From: a virus
Length of the DNA: 64,000 nucleotides
IMG/VR virus record: IMGVR_UViG_3300047557_001498
Location: 51,070-115,069 of that record
Direction: 5' to 3' (one strand)
How positions within the stretch are numbered: the first letter of the stretch is position 1; the number at the start of each line of letters is the position of its first letter. Below, piece after piece: positions 50,103 through 59,213 of this stretch. The position numbers were made by a program, and so were the translations under genes. The notes under the pieces are model-generated. The model was not told the DNA's origin. It was given only the letters and a program-made list of their open reading frames with translations, and made no database searches.

Positions 50103-50626
50103 TATATGTTGCTCGGTAAATCATTTGTATCATTTATTACAGGAGGTCTAAATTCCTCAATGTGTATTCTTGAACGTCTTGTTAAGTGTGTTGTTGCTAT
50201 TATAGAAACATTGTGTCCCCATCTTTCTCCGGCAAAAGAGTAATCTGGATTCTTACCACCAAAATATTGAGTCTCTTGAATGCCGTCCACTTCCCACCAT
50301 TCACCATTATATTCTATAACGTCACCAACTTCAACGAGAATTTCTGCATCTTTTAGATATTCTCTAACAAAACCGAAACTACACGCCTGTGTATAGTCTT
50401 GACCAAATTCATTTCCTTCGTATGTCTGTGCTTGATAGTCTATAAGTGCAGATATTTTTATTGGACTATGATAAACTTTTTTATCAGATTCATTATACAA
50501 ATTTGTTTTTGTATTTTCTAATGATAATTTATAGATAGCAACTTCTGTATCTATAATGTCATTGATAAGTTCCATGTTGAACTTGTGAATAAGACCTGCA
50601 TCTCTACTTCCGTGAAATAATGGCAT
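50102..50626 (-). CDS. Head closure / neck protein (T4 gp14-like)
   Basis: NLYNES...VGDVIEYNGEWWEV; synteny. Confidence 0.65.
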   Translation of the reverse strand: MPLFHGSRDAGLIHKFNMELINDIIDTEVAIYKLSLENTKTNLYNESDKKVYHSPIKISALIDYQAQTYEGNEFGQDYTQACSFGFVREYLKDAEILVEVGDVIEYNGEWWEVDGIQETQYFGGKNPDYSFAGERWGHNVSIIATTHLTRRSRIHIEEFRPPVINDTNDLPSNI

Positions 50627-50630
50627 TTTA

Positions 50631-51761
50631 TCATCCAACATAAATTAACAAAGGACTACCGACTAATGTTCCATTCAAAGCATCAACTTCAGCTTTCTTT
50701 GCCTCTAATAGTTTTGCACGTGTTGTTGTGTCAAGTATTTCACGTAGTTCTGCAACCAAAGCAGTTTTTTCTGCAGTAGCGGCAGATAAAAGGTCAGCTG
50801 CATTTAGTGTTGTTTCACCATTTGGGATAGGAATTGATCCATATTTACCACGAACATATCCAAGTGTTTCTTTTGCCAATGCCAAAGCATAACTGTATAC
50901 CCACGTTTTTCCAACTGAATTTATATTTCCATAATTCATAAAATCATAAGGAGCGTTTGAAAAATCAGAAACAGATCCCGTTGGATATTTTAATGGATTA
51001 TTCCTTTCTTCTTTTATGATATACTCTACCCACAATTTAAATTCTTTCACAGGAACTGGAAATATTCTCAATTTATTATTAAGCAATTCAAATGAATATG
51101 CCGATTTACGCATCATATCATTGAACTCAATCGCTTGAACACGAAGTAAATCCGCATACATAGGCATCAACGTAAAAGATACGCCGGTTGAATATGCACC
51201 AAATCCAAATGTATCTAACATTGCCTGATTACCCAAATATGGATCATAAAAACGCATTGCAGCCGGTAGTGGGTAATGGTGAACTCTTTTTATTTCTATT
51301 GAACCCGTTGGTGCGTGAATATCTCTAACCAAAGAATTTAAATCATAAGTCTGTTGTCCGTTCTGAATATCAATAGATGCACTATAAAAATTTACATTAC
51401 CGTTTGTAAATGTATCAACACCATATTCTGTTGCAATTTGTATAATACCGCCAAGATTTGGTGATATATTTCTTTGGGTAGCATTATTAGATGTTGGTGT
51501 TCCTATCAAACTTAAAAGATTTTGTTGTATATTAAATTGATTCACTTGATTGGAATATTCCGAAACTGCTTCTTCAAAACAAGCATAAAAATTTTCAGCT
51601 TGTAATTCCACATCAACGAGTGGATAACCCAATCTCTTTGCACACCAATTAGCAACATGATCCGCATCTAATTGAAACTGTGGATCTGCATCATATAAAC
51701 CGAATGGTGTACTTCCGGTTGTAAAGGTTGATGTACCAGGCCAAATTGGAATATCTGTCAT
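50631..51761 (-). CDS. Head-tail adaptor / neck protein (T4 gp13-like)
   Basis: RLGYPLVDVEL, YALALAKETLGYVRGKY..IPIP. Confidence 0.8.
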   Translation of the reverse strand: MTDIPIWPGTSTFTTGSTPFGLYDADPQFQLDADHVANWCAKRLGYPLVDVELQAENFYACFEEAVSEYSNQVNQFNIQQNLLSLIGTPTSNNATQRNISPNLGGIIQIATEYGVDTFTNGNVNFYSASIDIQNGQQTYDLNSLVRDIHAPTGSIEIKRVHHYPLPAAMRFYDPYLGNQAMLDTFGFGAYSTGVSFTLMPMYADLLRVQAIEFNDMMRKSAYSFELLNNKLRIFPVPVKEFKLWVEYIIKEERNNPLKYPTGSVSDFSNAPYDFMNYGNINSVGKTWVYSYALALAKETLGYVRGKYGSIPIPNGETTLNAADLLSAATAEKTALVAELREILDTTTRAKLLEAKKAEVDALNGTLVGSPLLIYVG

Positions 51762-52493
51762 TTACTTCTCTGTTTTATTATCATCAAAATATTTTAATAT
51801 ACTATCTACAATAGGATGACGGTGGTTTGTTTTTAGTTCATAAACACCCAATCCATGTATTTTATCTTTCATATCAAATAAATATGGTAATCCAGAATCT
51901 TTTTTCTGTTTCAAATCTATCTGACCAGCATCGCCTGTCAATATCATTTTTGAATTAACACCCAAACGAGATAAAACCATTTCCATTTGTGTTTTAGTTA
52001 CGTTTTGTGATTCATCTACAATCACACAAGCATTAACAAATGTTCTACCACGAAGAAAACTTATAGGAGCAATTTCAATCTTTTCTTCTTGTGTAAGTTT
52101 TTCAATCTTTTCCTTACTATACAACATATGCATATTTGCTTGAATTGGTGATAACCAAGGATCCATCTTTTCTTTTATATTTCCTGGAAGAAATCCCAAG
52201 TCTTCATTTGATACAGTCGGTCTTGTAATTATTATTCTATCTACCTCACGATAAAAAAGGTATTCTAAAGCAATTTGAGTTGCTAATAGAGTTTTACCAG
52301 AACCAGCTTTACCTAAAAAAACAGAAACCGTATCTTGTAATGCCTGTGACTTTACTGATTTTTGTTCTTCGTTTAATGATAACTGAAATTGTATTTTATT
52401 TTTTATTGTTTTTCTTCCTTTTTTTATACCGTCTAATTCAAATCCATTTACATCGTTTTTATTTATTTCATTTGAGTCGTTATCGAGTGTCAT
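51762..52493 (-). CDS. phoH: PhoH-family ATPase
   Basis: GKAGSGKT, LGFLPG, FLRGRTF, VDESQN, GDAGQIDL, NHRHP. Confidence 0.93.
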   Translation of the reverse strand: MTLDNDSNEINKNDVNGFELDGIKKGRKTIKNKIQFQLSLNEEQKSVKSQALQDTVSVFLGKAGSGKTLLATQIALEYLFYREVDRIIITRPTVSNEDLGFLPGNIKEKMDPWLSPIQANMHMLYSKEKIEKLTQEEKIEIAPISFLRGRTFVNACVIVDESQNVTKTQMEMVLSRLGVNSKMILTGDAGQIDLKQKKDSGLPYLFDMKDKIHGLGVYELKTNHRHPIVDSILKYFDDNKTEK

Positions 52494-52501
52494 ATAAACT
52501 C

Positions 52502-53101
52502 CTACAATAGTTTTGATAGTGTTTCGCTTATTGTTTTAACATCTTCTTGAACTGTTACTATTATTTCATTAAAGTTTTCAGAAGTATGAGTCCATTCAAA
52601 TCCAATAATACCAATCAATTCTTGTGATTTTTTTATTGGATATACCGTTGCAGATTTGGTTCCTCTTTGTGTGAAAAATGCTCTTGTTATTAAATCTGAT
52701 ATTTCATCTACGATTGGATAAACTGCCTTATGTTTTGATACATCTTCAACAAAATTTGAATACAACGACATCGGTAAATTTTGATATTGAATAAATTCTG
52801 TACTAACACCTTCTTCAAGTGATTCAAATGAAGTAGAAAGTTTATTCATAGATTTACCGGTTTGATATTTTCCACCGTTGTGACGTTGTAATATAAAAAC
52901 TCTCTGACAAGAGTATTCTTCTAGCAGTTGATCGAGGATGGTTTGTATGAGTTTGGAATTTGATATTTCTCTTTCAATTTTTCTTTGTTTGTATTCACCG
53001 TACTTATACTTTAAATACCAGGACAAAAATACACCCAAAAGAGTCGCCAAACTAGACACTCCAAGTTTAATGATGTCAGTATAATTTATCAAGTTTTCCA
53101 T
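52502..53101 (-). CDS. N-terminal TM plus GAF-like domain protein; putative T4 gpT-type holin
   Basis: Single TM (LGVSSLATLLGVFLSWYL), then RVFILQRHNGG...ELIGIIGFEW GAF-like pattern. Confidence 0.55.
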   Translation of the reverse strand: MENLINYTDIIKLGVSSLATLLGVFLSWYLKYKYGEYKQRKIEREISNSKLIQTILDQLLEEYSCQRVFILQRHNGGKYQTGKSMNKLSTSFESLEEGVSTEFIQYQNLPMSLYSNFVEDVSKHKAVYPIVDEISDLITRAFFTQRGTKSATVYPIKKSQELIGIIGFEWTHTSENFNEIIVTVQEDVKTISETLSKLL

Positions 53102-53126
53102 TTGTAATAAATAGCAATTATGAAAT

Positions 53127-53153
53127 AAAAAAGGGTGACGAATATCACCCTTT
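53127..53153 (-). terminator. Rho-independent terminator
   Basis: AAAGGGTGA/TCACCCTTT stem plus U-run. Confidence 0.8.
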
Positions 53154-53176
53154 ATGTAAAAATATTTTTGTAGATT

Positions 53177-53866
53177 TTATGCAAGAGCAGCAATTTCTTT
53201 TGATAAAAATTGAACAACTTCACCACTCTTTATTGCGGCGATTGCTCCCTCCATCGCACCTAATGTTGATATTCCGGCTTTAACGGCATTGAATCCGGAA
53301 TAAACTGCAAGACCTGCTATAATCAATGTAAAAACTATCTCTGCAACCTTTTCTTGTGTTTTATTATCTGCATTTCTAAACGATGGAACTGCTAACAATG
53401 CAATTCTTACTATCTTAACATAAACATGGTGCATTTTTTCTGCACTTGTTCTTAAAAATTCTGCAATTTTTGATTTATCACCACCACCTAATTTTTTCAC
53501 CAATTTTTCTATTAGTGTTGCAGTTATTTCAGCTATTTTTGGAAGTGCAAGTGCAAGGCTGAGAAAAAATACAGTATCAACTTCGTTTATATTTTTCTTT
53601 TTCGATTCTGATTTTTTTAATTTACCTTCAACTACCTTTGCCAAATCTGGCGCTTTTCGTAAAGCCATTTTTATCTGTTCTTTATCATTCTGTAATTTTT
53701 CAAGATCTGATGTTTTTGACTTCATATCCCCAACCATTGATTTTAAAATAGATTCAAAATCATTTTCCATTTTATCAGACTCACCTTCTTCTTTGAGAAT
53801 CTGTCTCTTTATTTCCAAAAGAATCAAGTCTTCTAATTTTCTGTTCATAGAACTATTTTTTTTCAT
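53177..53866 (-). CDS. Hypothetical protein with hydrophobic helices, candidate internal head protein
   Basis: KLEDLILLE..ILKE and NINE sites; GGAG SD; own ATATTTAT at 53901-53908; flanked by terminators. Confidence 0.6.
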   Translation of the reverse strand: MKKNSSMNRKLEDLILLEIKRQILKEEGESDKMENDFESILKSMVGDMKSKTSDLEKLQNDKEQIKMALRKAPDLAKVVEGKLKKSESKKKNINEVDTVFFLSLALALPKIAEITATLIEKLVKKLGGGDKSKIAEFLRTSAEKMHHVYVKIVRIALLAVPSFRNADNKTQEKVAEIVFTLIIAGLAVYSGFNAVKAGISTLGAMEGAIAAIKSGEVVQFLSKEIAALA

Positions 53867-53913
53867 TGTTACTCCAATCTATTTGTTTTTAATGGTATAA
53901 ATAAATATATCAT

Positions 53914-53949
53914 AAAAATAAAAAAGGAGTGAGAAAATCTCACTCCTTT
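53914..53949 (-). terminator. Strong terminator after the major capsid gene
   Basis: AAAGGAGTGAGA/TCTCACTCCTTT stem plus U-run. Confidence 0.88.
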
Positions 53950-53971
53950 ATTTTGACTAACCCTGTTAAGA

Positions 53972-55609
53972 TTAGATGTCACCGAGAGAATCAATTTGGA
54001 TAAGACCATAGAACTCTGGACGAACAATCTTCTTAGCATAACGAGTCATCACGCCTTTTCTTGGTGTGAAGTTCGTTGGGTCGTATACCAATGGTGTCAT
54101 TACGAGTGGAATATATGGAGCATACACGGCACCAGTTTCAAGGAACTGAGCACCACGGAAACCAACAAGAATTTGGTTTTCGAGCATATAAGGATTCTTA
54201 TAGACTGTGATACGACCATTCAACTGACCAACTTTTTGAACACCCATTGCAAATTTCATACCTTCACCATCAACTGCATAGCCAGGCATTGATTCAAGAA
54301 GTGTAGCAACTTGTGGAGAACATACGAGGAAGTTTGCACCACCACGAAGTGTTTTCTGATGAATTACGTTTGATACTTTTTGAATCTTTGTACCGAGTGT
54401 TTGGAACCATGTTTGTTGATTAAACGCAGAAGCAGCAGCTTGAGCGGTTGAATAATCATCAAATACGCCATTAGCAGCATCATAAGTACGGCCGATACGT
54501 GCAGACCATCTTTCTGTTGTTTGTGCATTCTTAATCAACATATCAAGAATTTCAAGGTCAATTTCTTGTGAAATATATTCTGACAACATTGATGTCAATT
54601 CAGCTTCTGCATCGATTGAGTGGTATGCATTCAAATCTTGTGCAAATTCAGGTGTCCATACTGCCTTCAACTTACGTGTTTTAGCAACGATAGATTCTGA
54701 ACGCAATTCGAGATTGATTTCAGGAATGTCAAGATTTGAACCTTTATCTTCAAAATCACCACGATTGTATGCAAGTGGTTGCTTAGAATATTTAACAACC
54801 AAGTTATCACCAGTTGTACCTGTTTTTCTACCAACAAATGTTATTGTAGAATCATCATTTGCAACTGTTGTATATTGTGGGAAATATTCAGCAAGGTTTG
54901 TTGCAGTAACGGTAAATGCACGAACTGCCTCAAAATCTACATCTTCTAAAGAAGCAGCAGAAACAGTAATTGTAATAATATTCCCTGCAGCCAAAGCAGT
55001 TGCGTATGCATTTTCAAATTCTGTATCATGTTGATAAAGACTTGGTGAAGCTGTTGTAACTGAACCTGTTTTGTATGTTGTTGCATTTACACTTGCACCT
55101 AAATCCAATTCAGCGGATGCAGCTTCGTTAATGGAATAACCAAAACGACCTGCACCATAAAGACCGCCTTCAGGATCAGCATCTTTGGCTTCTTTACCAG
55201 TAACACCGAATACAGAATCAGCTTGTGTTGTTCTACCTGCATTTGCTGTAAATCCAGGTTGACTTGTACCATATTTGAAATCTAGATAGAATACAAGACC
55301 GGAAGGCAAGTTCATTGGTTGAACAGAAACAAAATCTTTCGCAGCAATTTCAGAGAAAATACGGCGAACCAATGGAAGTGCAACACCTGCCCATTCTTCT
55401 GAACCGGCTGCTGTACCTGTACGGTTTGATTCATCAATAAGTTGTTTTGCCTGATTTTCGAGAAGAACTGCAATAGAGTTCTTTTCGTAATCGCTTGATA
55501 AGTTGTCAAGAAGACCTGATTTTTCCCACTTCTTAACAACACCTTTATTTTCTTCGATAAGACGCTTATGAGGGTTATTGGTAGCGCCTAAAAGTGATTG
55601 TATACTCAT
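53972..55609 (-). CDS. Major capsid protein (T4 gp23-like)
   Basis: KWEKSGLL, LLENQA, PLVRR, VQPMNLPSGLVF, AKTRKLKAVWTPEFAQDL, YAPYIPL, GVMTRYA. Confidence 0.97.
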   Translation of the reverse strand: MSIQSLLGATNNPHKRLIEENKGVVKKWEKSGLLDNLSSDYEKNSIAVLLENQAKQLIDESNRTGTAAGSEEWAGVALPLVRRIFSEIAAKDFVSVQPMNLPSGLVFYLDFKYGTSQPGFTANAGRTTQADSVFGVTGKEAKDADPEGGLYGAGRFGYSINEAASAELDLGASVNATTYKTGSVTTASPSLYQHDTEFENAYATALAAGNIITITVSAASLEDVDFEAVRAFTVTATNLAEYFPQYTTVANDDSTITFVGRKTGTTGDNLVVKYSKQPLAYNRGDFEDKGSNLDIPEINLELRSESIVAKTRKLKAVWTPEFAQDLNAYHSIDAEAELTSMLSEYISQEIDLEILDMLIKNAQTTERWSARIGRTYDAANGVFDDYSTAQAAASAFNQQTWFQTLGTKIQKVSNVIHQKTLRGGANFLVCSPQVATLLESMPGYAVDGEGMKFAMGVQKVGQLNGRITVYKNPYMLENQILVGFRGAQFLETGAVYAPYIPLVMTPLVYDPTNFTPRKGVMTRYAKKIVRPEFYGLIQIDSLGDI

Positions 55610-55627
55610 TTTAATATCCTTAATTTG

Positions 55628-56740
55628 TTATTTTAAACCTGCTAATTTACGTAAACGATTCGCCATGTTATCACCTTCATTGATGATTGTTTTTGGACGA
55701 GTGCTTGCAATCGGTTTGCTTGCAAATGACTCTTTCAATGGTTTAGCATTTATCTTAGCAGATTTTAATGCCTCTGAAAGGGTTGCATATACCAATTTAA
55801 CTTCACGCAAGCTGGAAGCACGATCAAAGTTTTCAATGACCGTAATTTTTTGTTTCTCTGTCAATGAATGTTTCTTGAACAATTTGTTTGAGAATAACAA
55901 CTTAGAGTTCAAAAGATTGACTTCGTTGATTTTAGAACGTAAGAAAGTAATAACTGCATATGCCTCACGGAGTTTAGCTTCAGCCATTTCTTTTTCTTTT
56001 TCTTCTTCAGCTTCATCAACTTTCTCATCTTCATCTTCTTCACGAAGAGCACGAAGTATCTCTTTAATATCTACTGTGTCTTCATCTTCTTCCGCTTCTT
56101 CTACCTTTTCTTTTTCACCTTCTTCATCTTCTTCACGAATTGAACGCATCATTTCTTTGATGTCTTCATCTTCTTCGTCTTCTTCGTTTACAAGTTGAAC
56201 AAGTTTTTCTTTCTTGTCTTCGGTAGAATCATCAGAAGCAACTGGTGATGGTTTTTTATTATCGCCTGTACCAATGCCGGATGAATCAATGTCTTCTTCT
56301 AATTGACGTATGATTTCCATTAAATCTTCGTCAATTTCTTCTTCTTCATCTGCCTCATCCATTGCATATTCTTTTGTAGGTTCTTCGGCTTCTTCATCAT
56401 CAGCTTCACCAAACAATTCTTCAATGTCAATGTCATCTTCAGCCGTGTCTACTGACTTTTCTTCTGTGTGGTCTTCTTCTCCTTCGCCTTCTTCCATAGC
56501 GGGTTCTTCATCATCTGTTTCTGACATGGAACCTGGTTCTTCTTCAAACCAATCGTTACCATAATCTTCTTCAACAGATTTTTCTTCTTCTTCACCCTCT
56601 GCTTCTTCAGCGAGTTTTTGAGACAACATAGATTGAAGTCTAGGTGTCATAGCTTCTTCTAAAGCAAGTTTCGCATTTGCAAGTGCAATTTCACGAACTG
56701 CTTTAGCATCGGCTATTGCCTCTTTGAGTAAATCATTCAT
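55628..56740 (-). CDS. Prohead core/scaffold protein; likely start MNDLLKEAIADAK
   Basis: Highly acidic with many xxE sites; directly upstream of the MCP; GGAG SD before 56740. Confidence 0.8.
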   Translation of the reverse strand: MNDLLKEAIADAKAVREIALANAKLALEEAMTPRLQSMLSQKLAEEAEGEEEEKSVEEDYGNDWFEEEPGSMSETDDEEPAMEEGEGEEDHTEEKSVDTAEDDIDIEELFGEADDEEAEEPTKEYAMDEADEEEEIDEDLMEIIRQLEEDIDSSGIGTGDNKKPSPVASDDSTEDKKEKLVQLVNEEDEEDEDIKEMMRSIREEDEEGEKEKVEEAEEDEDTVDIKEILRALREEDEDEKVDEAEEEKEKEMAEAKLREAYAVITFLRSKINEVNLLNSKLLFSNKLFKKHSLTEKQKITVIENFDRASSLREVKLVYATLSEALKSAKINAKPLKESFASKPIASTRPKTIINEGDNMANRLRKLAGLK

Positions 56741-56853
56741 TAGAAATCTCCAACTTTTTGGCGTTATTATGAACCCCAATCAACATAAAAAAATTACAAA
56801 CCCCATATATTAAGATGTTATTGGATTCTTAATGTAGGATAGGGTATTATTGT

Positions 56854-56861
56854 ATAAATAT
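56854..56861 (-). promoter_or_regulatory. Representative copy of the recurring ATATTTAT putative late promoter
   Basis: Plus-strand ATAAATAT in intergenic gaps at 7971, 13068, 14201, 20426, 24398, 24841, 31017, 39694, 43526, 44675, 45689, 46270, 49163, 53901, 56854, 60091 and 62020; variants at 16139 and 53107. Confidence 0.75.
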
Positions 56862-56874
56862 AGTCTTTATTGAA

Positions 56875-57102
56875 TTATATGTTTTCTTCGTCTAATTTTT
56901 TTTGTCTTCTTACGGCAGCATTTCGTTTTTCTACCTTTCTTTTTGATGGTTTTATGTATTCCATCTTCTTCTTATATTCTTCTAATATACCTGATTCTTT
57001 GACTTTACGTTTAAAAATTTTAATCATAACGTCAATATTCATTCCGTTTCCCTTTACTTTAACATGAGCCGGTTTTGATGATGTATAAACTCTGTCTGAC
57101 AT
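56875..57102 (-). CDS. rpsU: Phage-encoded ribosomal protein bS21
   Basis: V.V...NIDVMIKIFKRKVKESGILEEYKKKMEYIKPSKRK...AAVRR matches the bS21 signature (FKRK...G...E...YxKPS). Confidence 0.88.
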   Translation of the reverse strand: MSDRVYTSSKPAHVKVKGNGMNIDVMIKIFKRKVKESGILEEYKKKMEYIKPSKRKVEKRNAAVRRQKKLDEENI

Positions 57103-57114
57103 AACCTTTATTCC

Positions 57115-57726
57115 TTATTTATCGTTTAAATTATTATTTTGTTTTATTTCATAAAATCTACCAAGATGATTTCCAATTCCATCATAAATCGACTCTAATC
57201 TTCTTTGTAATTTTACAATTCTCTCCGATACTCTATGAAATTCTTTCAATGATTCACGGATTTGTTTTGATTTTCTGTTATATGATACGCCTTCGAACCA
57301 ATCACCAGATTCTTCTACTATATTTCTATTAGCAAACTCAACTATTGCCGTTATTTTACTAACCGCCTCTGGTAATGCTTTAGATCGGTGAATTATTTCT
57401 CTATATTCATTGTAATTAGATACCGCTTCTTTGAATTGTTGTTTTTGTTCTGGTGTTAGGTGTTTTGTGTTAAATCTTTCCTGCATAACTTCTTCAACAG
57501 CATCTTGAACCATTCTTTTTAAGTCTTCTACTTTAATTTTTGTTTCACCGACCTTCTTTGGAAGACCTTTATGTTTGGTTGATGCAAATTTTTCTAATTC
57601 TTTCTCGGACATACCACTTGCTATCTTTTTTATCGTAGGACTTACCTCTGATGGAGATACATTTCCTCTCTTGTATGCAAGTGCTAAGCCCATTATTTTC
57701 TGTTGTTGTTGTGATAACGCAGGCAT
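57115..57726 (-). CDS. DUF3008-like N-terminal domain plus coiled coil, head-associated hypothetical protein
   Basis: MPALSQQQQKIMGLALAYKRG...MSEKELEKFASTKHKGLP. Confidence 0.6.
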   Translation of the reverse strand: MPALSQQQQKIMGLALAYKRGNVSPSEVSPTIKKIASGMSEKELEKFASTKHKGLPKKVGETKIKVEDLKRMVQDAVEEVMQERFNTKHLTPEQKQQFKEAVSNYNEYREIIHRSKALPEAVSKITAIVEFANRNIVEESGDWFEGVSYNRKSKQIRESLKEFHRVSERIVKLQRRLESIYDGIGNHLGRFYEIKQNNNLNDK

Positions 57727-57728
57727 TC

Positions 57729-58385
57729 TTATCTCCCATCAAATATACATTCACAAACATTTCCAATTTCACAAATTATGTTTGTTATGTTGTTGTTAAT
57801 ACGTTTAATTTTAGGATCAATTTTGGATATAGTCGAAAGTGATACGCCTTCTGAAATGAATCCTTCATTTTTTGATGTTGGGTACATAAATGCACCATGT
57901 GTAGACGGATTTGATACAAAATCCCACCCTATTAACTCAAAATCATCTTGAACTTGAACAACACCCTCACTAATTTCTTCTACCGATCCCATACCCCTTG
58001 AACTTATACCCAATCTTATTCCACATTTCAATAATTCTTTTAATATATTACCGGCAGGAGTTGGTAAAATCTCAACAACACCGACAACATCATTTCCTTT
58101 CCACTTAACTTCAAGTACATTGTGTGAAACATTTTTTAAATTTATTACAGATGATTCTGGATGGTCTAATTCCCCTAATGCCCTTCTTTCTTTTACGTTA
58201 GTATCTGCATATTTTTTTACTTCTCTCATCAAAATCTCTTTCGGATATACTCTACCGTTTTGATTTTTTGCCTCTGCACGTTGTAAAACCCCACTAACAA
58301 CAACTTTACCACTACCATCAATACTTTCGTTCAGATTTGGTGTGTTTAAATTAAATAAAATCGTGTCTATCAGTAGTTCTTTCAT
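57729..58385 (-). CDS. Prohead core protease (T4 gp21-like)
   Basis: NQNGRVYP, ALGELDHP, VSH, ILPTPAG, GISSRGMGS, DFVSNPS. Confidence 0.93.
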   Translation of the reverse strand: MKELLIDTILFNLNTPNLNESIDGSGKVVVSGVLQRAEAKNQNGRVYPKEILMREVKKYADTNVKERRALGELDHPESSVINLKNVSHNVLEVKWKGNDVVGVVEILPTPAGNILKELLKCGIRLGISSRGMGSVEEISEGVVQVQDDFELIGWDFVSNPSTHGAFMYPTSKNEGFISEGVSLSTISKIDPKIKRINNNITNIICEIGNVCECIFDGR

Positions 58386-58386
58386 C

Positions 58387-58890
58387 TTATGCACCTAATT
58401 CGTGAATTTTTTTAGTAATTCTGTTTATTCTTTCTGATATTTTTCTCAATCTATTCATTGATTCACCCCAAAGAGTTCTTTGATCAACATTCATTTCTGT
58501 TTTTAATTTGAGTGCATGTTCAACTACTCTTTCAACTTCATAGATTGTTCTGTTTATATTCTTAATTGAATCATTTATTTTTCTATTACTACTACGAGTT
58601 TCGTCTTTACGAAATTCTTTGTATGTTCCTTCATGTATAACATTCATTGCTTGTTTATATGAAGACTCGAAATTTTTCTTTTTTTGTTTTGGTACAACAG
58701 AATATCCTTGTACTTCTGCATTATCCTTGCTTGTTTTTTCAAAATCACTTTCACTTGGTGAAAATGCATTAGGGGTTTGGTAACCTGGTACAGCAGCAGT
58801 TGTACTCATTTCATCAAGTTCAATTTCTTCCTTAAATTTTCTATAATCTTCGGATTCTTGTATTTGCTTTATGAAAGATTGTATATTCAT
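58387..58890 (-). CDS. Hypothetical head-module protein
   Basis: LDE-MSTTAAVPGYQTPNAF; coiled-coil C-terminus. Confidence 0.6.
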   Translation of the reverse strand: MNIQSFIKQIQESEDYRKFKEEIELDEMSTTAAVPGYQTPNAFSPSESDFEKTSKDNAEVQGYSVVPKQKKKNFESSYKQAMNVIHEGTYKEFRKDETRSSNRKINDSIKNINRTIYEVERVVEHALKLKTEMNVDQRTLWGESMNRLRKISERINRITKKIHELGA

Positions 58891-58898
58891 ATCGTACC

Positions 58899-59213
58899 TT
58901 ATTTTGAAACTTGATTTTTTACTAATGCATAAACAGTTCCGGAACTAATGTCTACGGATGATAAAGAAAATTCAAGAATACGTTTTGAATCCGCTAAACC
59001 TCCTATTGGCATACTTCCTCCGGCAGAGAAATACATTGTACCGGCTGCACCTGATGGTATCACAATACCACCGACACCGAAATTAGATCCGGTAAAATAC
59101 GTTACTCCTGTTGTACAGGTTATAGATTTTAAAAATTTACCAGGATGACCTTTTCTTTTAAAGTCATTTGCCTCTGATGGTGGGAAGTCATACGGATGTA
59201 TTTGGTCTGCCAT
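58899..59213 (-). CDS. Hypothetical small beta-rich structural protein
   Basis: 104 aa; GGAG SD. Confidence 0.55.
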   Translation of the reverse strand: MADQIHPYDFPPSEANDFKRKGHPGKFLKSITCTTGVTYFTGSNFGVGGIVIPSGAAGTMYFSAGGSMPIGGLADSKRILEFSLSSVDISSGTVYALVKNQVSK

